Source: Planctomycetia bacterium (GTDB taxonomy: Bacteria > Planctomycetota > Planctomycetia > Pirellulales > PNKZ01). From it: 64,000 nt of DNA. A program made the translations under genes and the position numbers. The notes below the pieces were generated by a model. The model worked only from the letters and a program-made list of their open reading frames with translations. It searched no databases and was not told the origin of the DNA. This document shows positions 51,101 to 58,985 of the stretch, in pieces; the stretch's first letter is position 1, and each line of letters opens with the position of its first letter. The stretch spans positions 69,890 through 133,889 of the forward strand of contig JAIOPP010000084.1 in assembly GCA_021413845.1 (NCBI GenBank). Reading direction: 5' to 3'.

Positions 51101-53034
51101 AGGCGAGCCAGGTTCGGCCGGAAGATGCGCTCGGAGCGATTGCGCGTGCCGGGCAAGTCGTCGTGGTCGGCGATGATAAACAATTGCCGCCGACTCGATT
51201 TTTCGACGTGTTGGAAGGGAGCGATACCGAAAGCGAAGAAGGTGTCGATGATTTCAACGTCGGAGATCTCGATAGCGTGTTGGCGCTTTGCAAATCGCAA
51301 CAGATGGCCGAACGGATGTTGCGCTGGCATTATCGAAGCCGTCATCAATCGCTGATCGCCGTCTCGAACCATGAATTCTACGACGACAAGCTGTTCATTT
51401 TTCCTAGCCCCCTACGCGCCGCCGGCGAAGGGTTGAAGTTCAATCTCGTTAAGGAGGGCCGCTTCGATCGTGGCGCTACGGCGACGAATCGAATCGAAGC
51501 GCATGTCGTGGCGGAAGCGGTGATGAAACACGCCCGCACGCAGCCGCAAGTCTCGCTTGGGGTCGGGGCGTTTTCCGTCAGCCAACGCGATGCCATTCTC
51601 GACGAGCTCGAAGTTCTCCGTCGCGACTCGAAGGACACGGAAGAATTCTTTGCGACCGGTGGGCCGGAGCCGTTCTTCGTGAAGAATTTGGAGAACATTC
51701 AAGGAGACGAACGAGAAACGATTTTCATTTCCGTCGGCTATGCGCGCGATAAGTCCGGCTCGCTGGCGATGAACTTCGGCCCGCTCTCGAACAAGGGAGG
51801 GGAACGACGCTTAAACGTGCTGATCAGCCGTGCCCGAGCCAGTTGCGAAGTGTTCTCCTCGATCACGGCCGACGATATCGATCTCGGGCGAGCTACGGCG
51901 GTTGGCGCGAAAGCGTTTAAGACGTTTCTCCAATACGCGCAAACCGGTTTACTCGACGCCGGCGCGACGACCGCCTCGCGTTTCGCAACCGAGTTCGAGC
52001 GGCAAGTGGCCGAGGCATTGCACAAGGCCGGCTATCAAGTCGAAGCACAGGTCGGAGTGGCGGGCTTCTTCGTCGATCTGGCAGTCGTCGATCCGGAACT
52101 GCCCGACGGTTACGTGCTCGGTATCGAGTGCGATGGTCTGCAATACGATGCGGCGCGCTCCTCACGCGATCGAGATCGACTGCGACAGCAGGTGCTGGAA
52201 GATCGTGGTTGGAAGATTCATCGGATCTGGAGCATCGATTGGTTTAACCGCCCGAAAGAGCAACTCGCCAAGCTCACGACGGCGATCGATGCTGCGAAGG
52301 CCGCGGCGCTACTCGCGGCGAAGTCGAAAGCCGAGGCTTTGAAAGCGGAAGCGGAAAAAGCGAGGCTCGTAAAACCGCAACCGGCGACGGTGGCGAACGT
52401 CGCACCGGCGGAGAATAAGCCGGTTGCCCCGACGAAAACCGTGGTGCCCGTCATTGCGCGTGAAGAGCGACAAGAGGCCGCAGAGCCGAGCGTTCCTTAT
52501 GAAGAAGCGATCTTCAAAATCAGCGGCAAGCAATCGATTCCCGACATGCCGCTATCGACATTGATGGAGTTCGCGGTGCGTGTCGTGCGCGTCGAAGGGC
52601 CGATTCACGAAGAGGAAATCGAGCGCCGGTTGGTGTCGCTCAGCGGTGCGTCGCGCACCGGAACGCGTATCGCTCAGGCCGTGGCGGCGGCTTTGGCCGA
52701 GGCTGTGAAAGCGAGGGCGGTCGTTGTCGATGGTGGTTTCTATCGGCCGGCCGAGCAGACGATCGTGCCGATTCGCAATCGCGAGGATGTGACATCGAGC
52801 GGCTTGAAGAAGCCCGAGATGTTGCCGCCGGCCGAGATCGAGCGGGCCGTAAAAGTATTGATCGCGGGTCATCTCGGCGTCGTGGACGACGAGTGCATCG
52901 TCGCGGTTGCCCGAATGCTTGGTTTCAAGACGACGACACCCGCCCTGAAAGAGGTCATCGCCGGCAGCTTAGAACGATTGGTTACATCCGGTAACGTCGT
53001 CCGGAAGAACGACACACTTCATCTCGCACCGTGA
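48124..53034 (+). CDS. Giant DUF4011 / Upf1-like SF1 helicase (AAA_11/AAA_12) / REase-like nuclease domain / DUF3320 protein
   Basis: LLDLTLRNRLLN and GVNILYLALGFLKW (DUF4011). Walker A QGPPGTGKSQT, DEASQ, VVVGDDKQLPP, RWHYRSRH, QGDERETIF, RRLNVLISRAR. REase-like EAQVGVAGFFVDLAV...GIECDG..Y.....RDRDR..VLEDRGWKIHRIW. C-terminal EGPIHEEEI (DUF3320-like). The ATG at 48124 is preferred over the GTG at 48076. Confidence 0.9.
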   Translation: MSAPQGTVADRLTKTKQGLLDLTLRNRLLNTPRKAKGRNIEIVGERAEDLFRLLVTEKKSFAFASRLGAKDDEEPKKGKKSFRDAPQVDFESKNAAGEASTAAEAEAAASDDDAELRLYQPDETEAEATKRHTDNRLQTGLSSEALQKRLLGLFYDARTYEEEQGVNILYLALGFLKWYEPEKADQARYAPLLLIPVELSRSDVGSNFRLSWREEETATNLSLQAKLFADFGLKFPEVIESDEFSPTAYFDEVRRAIEGKAGWEVLPDDMLVWFFSFTKFLMYRDLDPATWPEAASIEKHALISSLLGNGFRPQPPFCSETDRLDTLLTPLDQTHVVDADSSQAMATEETRRGQNLVIQGPPGTGKSQTIANIIATAVKAGKKVLFVAEKMAALSVVKRRFDNIGLGDICLELHSAKANKRLVLQELERTLALGAPKQEYTEQQATSLAKLKDRLNAHVADLHAPLMPAGLSPFKILGDVCRLQASGIQTTDFALVEPLKWTPDAVAEKVNLLRNTATHITDIGVPAQHPWRGVMLEAWLPMNAPRLQQRLPPLVERLGALIATSDTLAVELHQPQGARSMSETAGLVRMVDALAKAPAMDRAAIADAVWDKNRELITALVEAGFTLGDTRAKLEQVLRPEAWTRDMTEVRDVIVKYGRIWYRWFFGVYRAAIASFQAILIGPLPKHFDDRVAILDALARRQAAQKKLGTEQQTAEVGRSAFGSLWTGEKSDWGALRAIEQWEAECRTAGISAPLRAAMSGLQPTPKGREAANVVAADAQKLLADVRDVFQELKLDVPSGFERATLEEVPLTALRDRLRAWQGEFESLTKWIAYRHGRAALEKEGLGNLPSMLEGGTIAPAAAVDQFTMGYFESLIRASFAARPSLAQFDGKSYAQVRELFQAADRQRIDLTRLEVAAAHHRSIPTGTSELGELGIVQHEIKKRKNHKPIRRLIKEAGRAIQAIKPVFMMSPMSVAQYLDPTSTTFDLLVFDEASQVRPEDALGAIARAGQVVVVGDDKQLPPTRFFDVLEGSDTESEEGVDDFNVGDLDSVLALCKSQQMAERMLRWHYRSRHQSLIAVSNHEFYDDKLFIFPSPLRAAGEGLKFNLVKEGRFDRGATATNRIEAHVVAEAVMKHARTQPQVSLGVGAFSVSQRDAILDELEVLRRDSKDTEEFFATGGPEPFFVKNLENIQGDERETIFISVGYARDKSGSLAMNFGPLSNKGGERRLNVLISRARASCEVFSSITADDIDLGRATAVGAKAFKTFLQYAQTGLLDAGATTASRFATEFERQVAEALHKAGYQVEAQVGVAGFFVDLAVVDPELPDGYVLGIECDGLQYDAARSSRDRDRLRQQVLEDRGWKIHRIWSIDWFNRPKEQLAKLTTAIDAAKAAALLAAKSKAEALKAEAEKARLVKPQPATVANVAPAENKPVAPTKTVVPVIAREERQEAAEPSVPYEEAIFKISGKQSIPDMPLSTLMEFAVRVVRVEGPIHEEEIERRLVSLSGASRTGTRIAQAVAAALAEAVKARAVVVDGGFYRPAEQTIVPIRNREDVTSSGLKKPEMLPPAEIERAVKVLIAGHLGVVDDECIVAVARMLGFKTTTPALKEVIAGSLERLVTSGNVVRKNDTLHLAP

Positions 53035-53052
53035 GCCTGGGAAACTATCGAT

Positions 53053-54009
53053 ATGATGGACGCTTGGAAATTAAAAACGAAATCGATCGTCGGCCCTCTC
53101 GATGGGCCGCATCTGCTGATTACCGGCGGCGTGCATGGAGATGAGTTCGAGCCGATGGCGGCGATACGCCGACTGCTCGAAACGATCGATCCGGCACAGG
53201 TTCGCGGACGAATTACGTTGGTGCCGGTCGTCAATGAGCCGGCTTTCTTACGTGGCGAACGAACGGCCGAAGACGAACTCGATCTCGCGCGCACCTGTCC
53301 CGGTCGCGATGATGGCTCGACGACCGAGCGTATCGCGGCAGCGCTGAGTCGCTTGATTCGCGAAGCCGATTTCTATATCGACCTGCATACCGCCGGCACC
53401 GTGTTTCAAATGCTTCCGTTGGCCGGCTACGTTTTGCATGAAGATCCGAACATCCTCGCTCAGCAGCGTGTGATGGCTCGGGCTTTCGGCCTGCCCGTGG
53501 TTTGGGGAACGAACGGTCGACTGCAAGGTCGTTCGCTTTCGATCGCGCGCGATGCCGGGGTGCCTGCGATTTATGTCGAAAACGGCGGAGGCGGGATGTG
53601 CGATGCGCGTCGTGTCTCCGAGATGGTTGAAGGTTGTCGCAACGTCGCTCGGGCCTTCGGCATCTTAGACGATGGTTCGCTCCAAGAGTCGACGCCGGCG
53701 GCACCGGAGCCGTGTCGATATTTCATCGAAGACGATCGGGACCAGAGCGGGCATTTGCAAGTGCAGAGCCAAGCACCGGTCGCAGGATATTTCGCGCCGC
53801 GCGTCGCACTTGGCGACGTAATCGAACGAGGTCAAATCATCGGCACGATTACCGATCCGCTCGGCGAACAGGCCGTCGATATCGCAGCATACGACTCCGG
53901 CACGGTTCTCTTGTTGCGGACGTTTCCTACGGTGCGCGCAGGGGATCCGCTGATGGTCGTGTTGCCGATCTCGGAACCGGGCACGGCGACGTTCGCGCGC
54001 GAGGCTTAG
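53053..54009 (+). CDS. Succinylglutamate desuccinylase/aspartoacylase-family (M14-like) Zn hydrolase
   Basis: LLITGGVHGDEFEP zinc motif and IDLHTAG. Starts 18 nt after the helicase stop. Confidence 0.8.
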   Translation: MMDAWKLKTKSIVGPLDGPHLLITGGVHGDEFEPMAAIRRLLETIDPAQVRGRITLVPVVNEPAFLRGERTAEDELDLARTCPGRDDGSTTERIAAALSRLIREADFYIDLHTAGTVFQMLPLAGYVLHEDPNILAQQRVMARAFGLPVVWGTNGRLQGRSLSIARDAGVPAIYVENGGGGMCDARRVSEMVEGCRNVARAFGILDDGSLQESTPAAPEPCRYFIEDDRDQSGHLQVQSQAPVAGYFAPRVALGDVIERGQIIGTITDPLGEQAVDIAAYDSGTVLLLRTFPTVRAGDPLMVVLPISEPGTATFAREA

Positions 54010-55511
54010 AGCCCGAAGCAGAGCAAAGCTTCGCGCGTTCGGACGAAGAGTCGGCCGTCGGCGATGGCCGGCGTGGCGACGATCGAGCCGTCGACCGTGT
54101 TCTTTGCCAGCACTTCCAGTTCGGGCGTGTCGTTGAGCACGACGATGGTGCCGTTTTCCCCGGCGACGTATATCTTTCCGTCGCCGTAAACCGGCGATGC
54201 GAAGTAGTCGCCGCCGTTCTCGATGCGCTTCGGCCCCCACAGGAGCTTGCCTGCGTCCGTTTCGAAGCAAGTGGCGATGCCGCCGCATTTCACTAAGAGC
54301 ATCCTCCCGGCGACGACCATCGGCGACACGATGTGGTCGGTGTGCTTCGTCGAATGACGCCATAAGACGTGCGTTTTGGTTACGTCTCCTTCGCCTCCGC
54401 CGCGCACCGCCAGCACGTATTCATCGGCCGGATTCGCGGAGTCGAAGCTTGCGCCGGCGGAGTTGCCCGGCGGCAGAAACGCTTTGTCGAGCTCTTCTCC
54501 TTCCAGTGCGCCGTCGCCGTTGAGGTCGCCGCGGGCAAACGTTTTCTTGAAAAACGCTTCAGGCACTTTCTTCTTGCCGACGAAGGCCTGCAACTCTTCT
54601 CGCGTCACTTTGCCGTCGCGATTGTTCGTCTGCCATTGATCGATCGACGCGATCCATTGCCTGGCGACACCGCTGCTTTGGAGGGAGATGTAGACGATCC
54701 CATCGCGACTCACCGGCGTGGTCTTGATATTCCGCAACAGCGAACGGGCGAACCACTTGCGGCGGCCGGTGGCGAGATCGTAACCGAGCAGCATGCCGGT
54801 CCCTGCTACGACGAGCTCATCACCTTGCGGCGTGGTGTTGATGATCGGGTGCGAATAGCCGGCGCACATATCATCGCGATCGTCTTTCCAGCGGAGCTTT
54901 CCGGTCGCTTTGTCGAAAGCATAAATAGCCGGCGAAAGATCGTCGTCTTGGCAGAAGATCAGGAGATCGTCATGCAAGATGGGAGACATGCCCGGCCCCC
55001 ACTTGAAGACATAGTACGGTTCGGGCAACTCGGCTTTCCAACGATCGGCGCCGGTCGCGGCATCGACGCATTGCATACCGAGCGTCGCGAAGTAGAAGTA
55101 GACGCGCTCGGCATCGGCAGCCGGAGTGGTCGACGCTTGGCTGTTCGTCATGTGGACGTCGGGCAACTCACCGGTCGGCCAAGTCCGTTGCCAGAGCTTC
55201 GCGCCTGATTTGCCGTCGAATGCCGTCAGGGCGACTTCGTTCGGCCCGGTCATCGAAGAGATGAACACGCGCCCCGCTGCGATCGTCGGAGAGCCGACGC
55301 CATCGCCGAGCGGCGCAGTCCATTTGAGGTTCTCCGTCGCCGAGAATGTCGCCGGCAAGGGAAGTTTCGACGTCGAAATTCCCGAGCAGTTCGGGCCGCG
55401 GAATTGCGGCCAATCTTCCGCCACGGCCGGCATTGTCGAAAGCTTAGGCGCAAATAATACAAGAGCGACGATAACAATGCGTCTAAGCCTGTCCGCGATA
55501 GTGCGAACCAT
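54006..55511 (-). CDS. Secreted PQQ-like beta-propeller protein with an inserted EF-hand pair
   Basis: Signal peptide; DWPQFRGPN start typical of PQQ-repeat propellers; repeated G.l.a.D..tGk.lW blades; EF loop DLNGDGALEGEE. Confidence 0.8.
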   Translation of the reverse strand: MVRTIADRLRRIVIVALVLFAPKLSTMPAVAEDWPQFRGPNCSGISTSKLPLPATFSATENLKWTAPLGDGVGSPTIAAGRVFISSMTGPNEVALTAFDGKSGAKLWQRTWPTGELPDVHMTNSQASTTPAADAERVYFYFATLGMQCVDAATGADRWKAELPEPYYVFKWGPGMSPILHDDLLIFCQDDDLSPAIYAFDKATGKLRWKDDRDDMCAGYSHPIINTTPQGDELVVAGTGMLLGYDLATGRRKWFARSLLRNIKTTPVSRDGIVYISLQSSGVARQWIASIDQWQTNNRDGKVTREELQAFVGKKKVPEAFFKKTFARGDLNGDGALEGEELDKAFLPPGNSAGASFDSANPADEYVLAVRGGGEGDVTKTHVLWRHSTKHTDHIVSPMVVAGRMLLVKCGGIATCFETDAGKLLWGPKRIENGGDYFASPVYGDGKIYVAGENGTIVVLNDTPELEVLAKNTVDGSIVATPAIADGRLFVRTREALLCFGL

Positions 55512-55698
55512 ATTTCATTTTCCTTCGTAAATCGGAACGCTATCGGAAGATGCAGCAATAAGCTTGCCTTGTTGGAGAGCTCCAGTCAAACATTCTCACC
55601 AAGCGTCCGTTTTCTATTTTCTATTTGTTTAACCAATTCGTATTGGATATCGCTGTGCGTTAGGATGACGCGCATAAACGACATATCGCGAATCTTTA

Positions 55699-56031
55699 AT
55701 GGAGATGAGCATGATGGGCATGCGGAGGGATGGCAATCCAAGCACCGGGCTCTTGAAGGCAATGTTGCGCATCATTCATCAACGCGGACCGTCAAGACCT
55801 TTCCGATCCAACGAAATTACTAAAATTCTCTTAGATCAGGAGTTCTGGAGAGACACCACAGCGTCAACTCCAGCACGTACCGTAAATAGTTACTGCTCGA
55901 CAAACTCAGACTATTTCGACAATATCGGCAGGGACGTATATCGACTACGAGAGTCCCTTTGGAAGAAGACGTTAGCAGAGTTAACAATTTGTAGGCCTAG
56001 CAACGCAATAGATTCCTCCTTTATTCGTTAG
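55699..56031 (+). CDS. Small HARE-HTH-like winged-helix protein (orphan, in an AT-rich islet)
   Basis: Pattern ...RPFRSNEITKILLDQEFW..TASTPARTVNSYCS.....YFDNIGRDVYRLRE fits the HARE-HTH layout. The likely start is ATG 55711 or 55714, after GGAG at 55701-55704. Confidence 0.45.
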   Translation: MEMSMMGMRRDGNPSTGLLKAMLRIIHQRGPSRPFRSNEITKILLDQEFWRDTTASTPARTVNSYCSTNSDYFDNIGRDVYRLRESLWKKTLAELTICRPSNAIDSSFIR

Positions 56032-56064
56032 TGAATCCGAATGCGATAGGTTGGAGATGGCCCC

Positions 56065-56812
56065 TTAGAAAACGCCGACCATGCGCAGCCCGGCAACGGC
56101 GGCGAAGGTGAGCAGCAAGCTATCGAACAAGCGCTGCGGGATGTAATGCACGAGCTTTCGGCCGACAAGCAGGCCCGCCACGACGGCCGGCGCAAGAGTC
56201 AGATTCAGCGATAGAGTGTCGGGGCGAATGAGCCCGAGCCCGGTGCTGAAGGGAATTTTCAGCACGTTGATGATGAGAAAGAACCAAGCGCTGGTGCCGA
56301 CGAACTCGTACTTGGGCAAGCTCACGGCGACCAGGTAGATCGCCACGATCGGGCCCGCCGCGTTCGCCAACATCGTCGTCATGCCGGCCGTGAAGCCGAG
56401 CGTCCAGGCGAAAGCACGGGCATGCGGGATCTCGGAAAACCAAGCGGGCTTCCACATCCGGGCTGCTTGCAGCACGGCCAAGAGCAAGATGATCGCGCCG
56501 ATGAGGGGCTTGAACGTGGTGTCGTCGAGCCGGCCCATCATCCACCAGCCGACGACGACGCCGACCACGGCCGGCGGCAGGATTCGGCGTATGTAGTCCC
56601 AGCGCGCATGCCGACGAAACACCGACACGGCGGTGACATCGCCGACGATCAGAAGCGGGAGCAGGATCCCGGTTGATTCTCGCGCTCCGAACAAACCGGA
56701 AAAGATCACGATGTGGAACAGGCCGAAGCCCGCGAAGCCGCTCTTCGAGATACCGATTCCGGAAGCGGCGACGAAGGCCAACGTCCATTGCCACGCGGTC
56801 AGGTCAGGCATT
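56065..56812 (-). CDS. TauE/SafE-family anion exporter membrane protein
   Basis: SGIGISKSGFAGFG, a duplicated 4-TM pattern, and C-terminal GRKLVHYIPQRLF. Start trimmed to the ATG at 56810-56812; the longer ORF overlaps the next gene. Confidence 0.85.
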
Positions 56813-56876
56813 GCGTTCGGCCGATCACGAAGTTTGGAAAATGAAGTTGCGACCGGTGAGCCGCCGACGCGGTAGT

Positions 56877-58028
56877 CTACCGGATGTCGATACTCGGCGT
56901 GGCCGTGACGTTCAAGTGCCGTACGAATGCGGCGACATTCGCCAACCGCCGACCGGCACGACCGGGAAGCTCTGTCGGAAGCGGGACGACTCCTTCGGCG
57001 GCGAGTTGTTCTTCGAGCGTGACGAACCGGCGCTGCGGATCCAGATCGACCGATTTTAGGACCAGCGTGCGGCAGAAGTCGGCATCGGTCTGGGTTAGCA
57101 AACGAGCGGTGCCGGGGTTGTAGACGGCGAGGATTTCGTCGTCGTCGATGAACGAACGCCAAGCTTCGCGAAATTCGGAAATCGTCAAGGCTTCGGCGAA
57201 GTCGGTCTCGCTGAGTTCGAGATGTTCGAGAAACGTGTTTGAGAAGGGAGCGGCCGGTCGGAGCGTGGCTTGAAAGCGTTCGCCGGTGCTCAACCGCTCG
57301 GCGACCCAATAGACCGGTGCTCTCGCACGGCTTTCGCTTCCACGACCTCCGATCGAGGATTCTCCGTAGGCGACGACGACGTTCCGCAAGTCGCCGAGTA
57401 GCGCCGAGGGAATATTCTTCGGAGTGATCCGATGACGTCGGATGTGTCGCCGGCCGTACTCCGCTTTGGGATGCGCCAATTGGCGCTCGACCATCGCATC
57501 GAATGCTCCGATGAGCCGATCGAGGTCCGGCGTGTCGGGCTCCAACGCCAATAGTGCGGCGACGGTCGCTTCGACCGTGGAAAGGGAAATCGCGTCCGGT
57601 TCGCGGCGAATTCTGTAGCGCCCAGGCATCGTCGGCGCAAGCCGAAAGCGAGGCAACGTGCCGAGGATCGGAATGTCGCGCATCATCGTTTTCGCATGAT
57701 GCCAGGTACCGTCGAGAATGAGGAGTTGCTGCGGGCGTCGGTCGACCGGCAAATCGTCGAGGAGCGCGGCATCGCGACCGGGATAAAGAATTGCGGAGTT
57801 TGGCTGGAGAGCAAGCCGCGCTGCGATGCGATCGGTTTGATCTACGAGGAGCGTGGAATTCCGTAAGGCTCGGCTGACGATGCGGGCCGTATTAAACGGA
57901 TGAAATCGCTCGCGCACATGCTGCAAGATCACGATCTCAGTCCGGTTTGCGATGCTGGGAATCGCGGCGCAAAAGCAATCGCCTCGGGGACGAAAACAGC
58001 CGTAGCAACGGTCGCGCGAGATAGTCAT
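56877..58028 (-). CDS. DTW-domain protein (tRNA acp3U transferase TapT-like) with a ~170-aa C-terminal extension
   Basis: CYGCFRPRGDCFC Cys cluster, EIVILQH, LLILDGTWHHAK (DTW), YRIRRE. The C-terminal half is unassigned. Confidence 0.8.
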   Translation of the reverse strand: MTISRDRCYGCFRPRGDCFCAAIPSIANRTEIVILQHVRERFHPFNTARIVSRALRNSTLLVDQTDRIAARLALQPNSAILYPGRDAALLDDLPVDRRPQQLLILDGTWHHAKTMMRDIPILGTLPRFRLAPTMPGRYRIRREPDAISLSTVEATVAALLALEPDTPDLDRLIGAFDAMVERQLAHPKAEYGRRHIRRHRITPKNIPSALLGDLRNVVVAYGESSIGGRGSESRARAPVYWVAERLSTGERFQATLRPAAPFSNTFLEHLELSETDFAEALTISEFREAWRSFIDDDEILAVYNPGTARLLTQTDADFCRTLVLKSVDLDPQRRFVTLEEQLAAEGVVPLPTELPGRAGRRLANVAAFVRHLNVTATPSIDIR

Positions 58029-58097
58029 GGTGCGACAAGAATACCCGATGCACGGGATTCGTCGCAGCCTCAAGTCGCAGGAACGCGCCTGTCGGGC

Positions 58098-58559
58098 TTA
58101 CGCCGACTTCCGCTTGCCGAGCGGCTTCGGCTTCGATTTCGGCTTTGCCTGCGGAGCGACCAAATGAAGTTGCTTCGGATCGACGATCCAGCCGAGGCAC
58201 TTCTCCGTGCCGCAACGGCAGGGGACGGCGTCTTTCGCTGCCCAGCCATAGGAGATCGTCAATTCTTCGCCCAGCTTGATGCGTCGCAACGCACCGACGA
58301 ACATCCGGAGATGCTTGCCGCGCTTCCGCTCGTCGGTGAAGAACTCGGCATTGGGGCGGCAAGAATGGTTTAAGAACCGAAATGGCGCGGCGGGATCGAG
58401 CGTAAAGGTGTCGTCCAAACCGATCGCGTATTCGTCTCCCTCGCCAGCCAATACCTGACCGCGGACTTCGCCGATGATGTCGCCTCGTTTGAATTCGTGT
58501 TCGGCAAAAACGCCTGATCCGACAAACGAAGCGGCGACGGAAACCTTAGCTTTCATCAT
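58098..58559 (-). CDS. Minimal SET-domain protein-lysine methyltransferase with post-SET Cys motif and a Lys/Pro-rich tail
   Basis: RFLNHSCRPNAEF, GEELTISYGW, CRCGTEKC; tail PQAKPKSKPKPLGKRKSA. Confidence 0.85.
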   Translation of the reverse strand: MMKAKVSVAASFVGSGVFAEHEFKRGDIIGEVRGQVLAGEGDEYAIGLDDTFTLDPAAPFRFLNHSCRPNAEFFTDERKRGKHLRMFVGALRRIKLGEELTISYGWAAKDAVPCRCGTEKCLGWIVDPKQLHLVAPQAKPKSKPKPLGKRKSA

Positions 58560-58985
58560 GAATCCGAATGGTTGCTTCTTGCAAAATACTTCGAGTTAGC
58601 GGGTAGCCGAAGGCTTCGTCGCTAAGTCTGCGAGGGGAGAATCTTATGTGTTCTCGCCTTAGTTTCAAGATGTTCGGCAGACTTACTGAAAATTGGAGCA
58701 GGCTGCGATCCCTTCAACGTCCGTGCGAAGCCGATGAATCGAACGGATCGGAAATTATCGTGATCTCTCAGTTGATTCCTTCGGAAAATAGGGTGCGAGA
58801 GCGAGGTCGGCCGACTAGATTATATGGAATTCTCTCGCCCAGCCGCGACGTATTCACGGCTGGCCGAGCCCCGCTAGACGTTTGCTTCCCGCCTTCTTCG
58901 CTCCGTTCGTTCTACTGTTTGTCCCTCCTGCACTCGTTGAGTTTGCTCGTCGAGTTTCCCCTTCGGGGCTTTTCCGGTACTCGTC

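Noticed and set aside
56813-57309. N-terminal extension of ORF 56065..57309 (Arg-rich).
   Set aside because: It overlaps the 3' end of the DTW gene. The TauE-family sequence begins at MPDLTAW (ATG 56810-56812).
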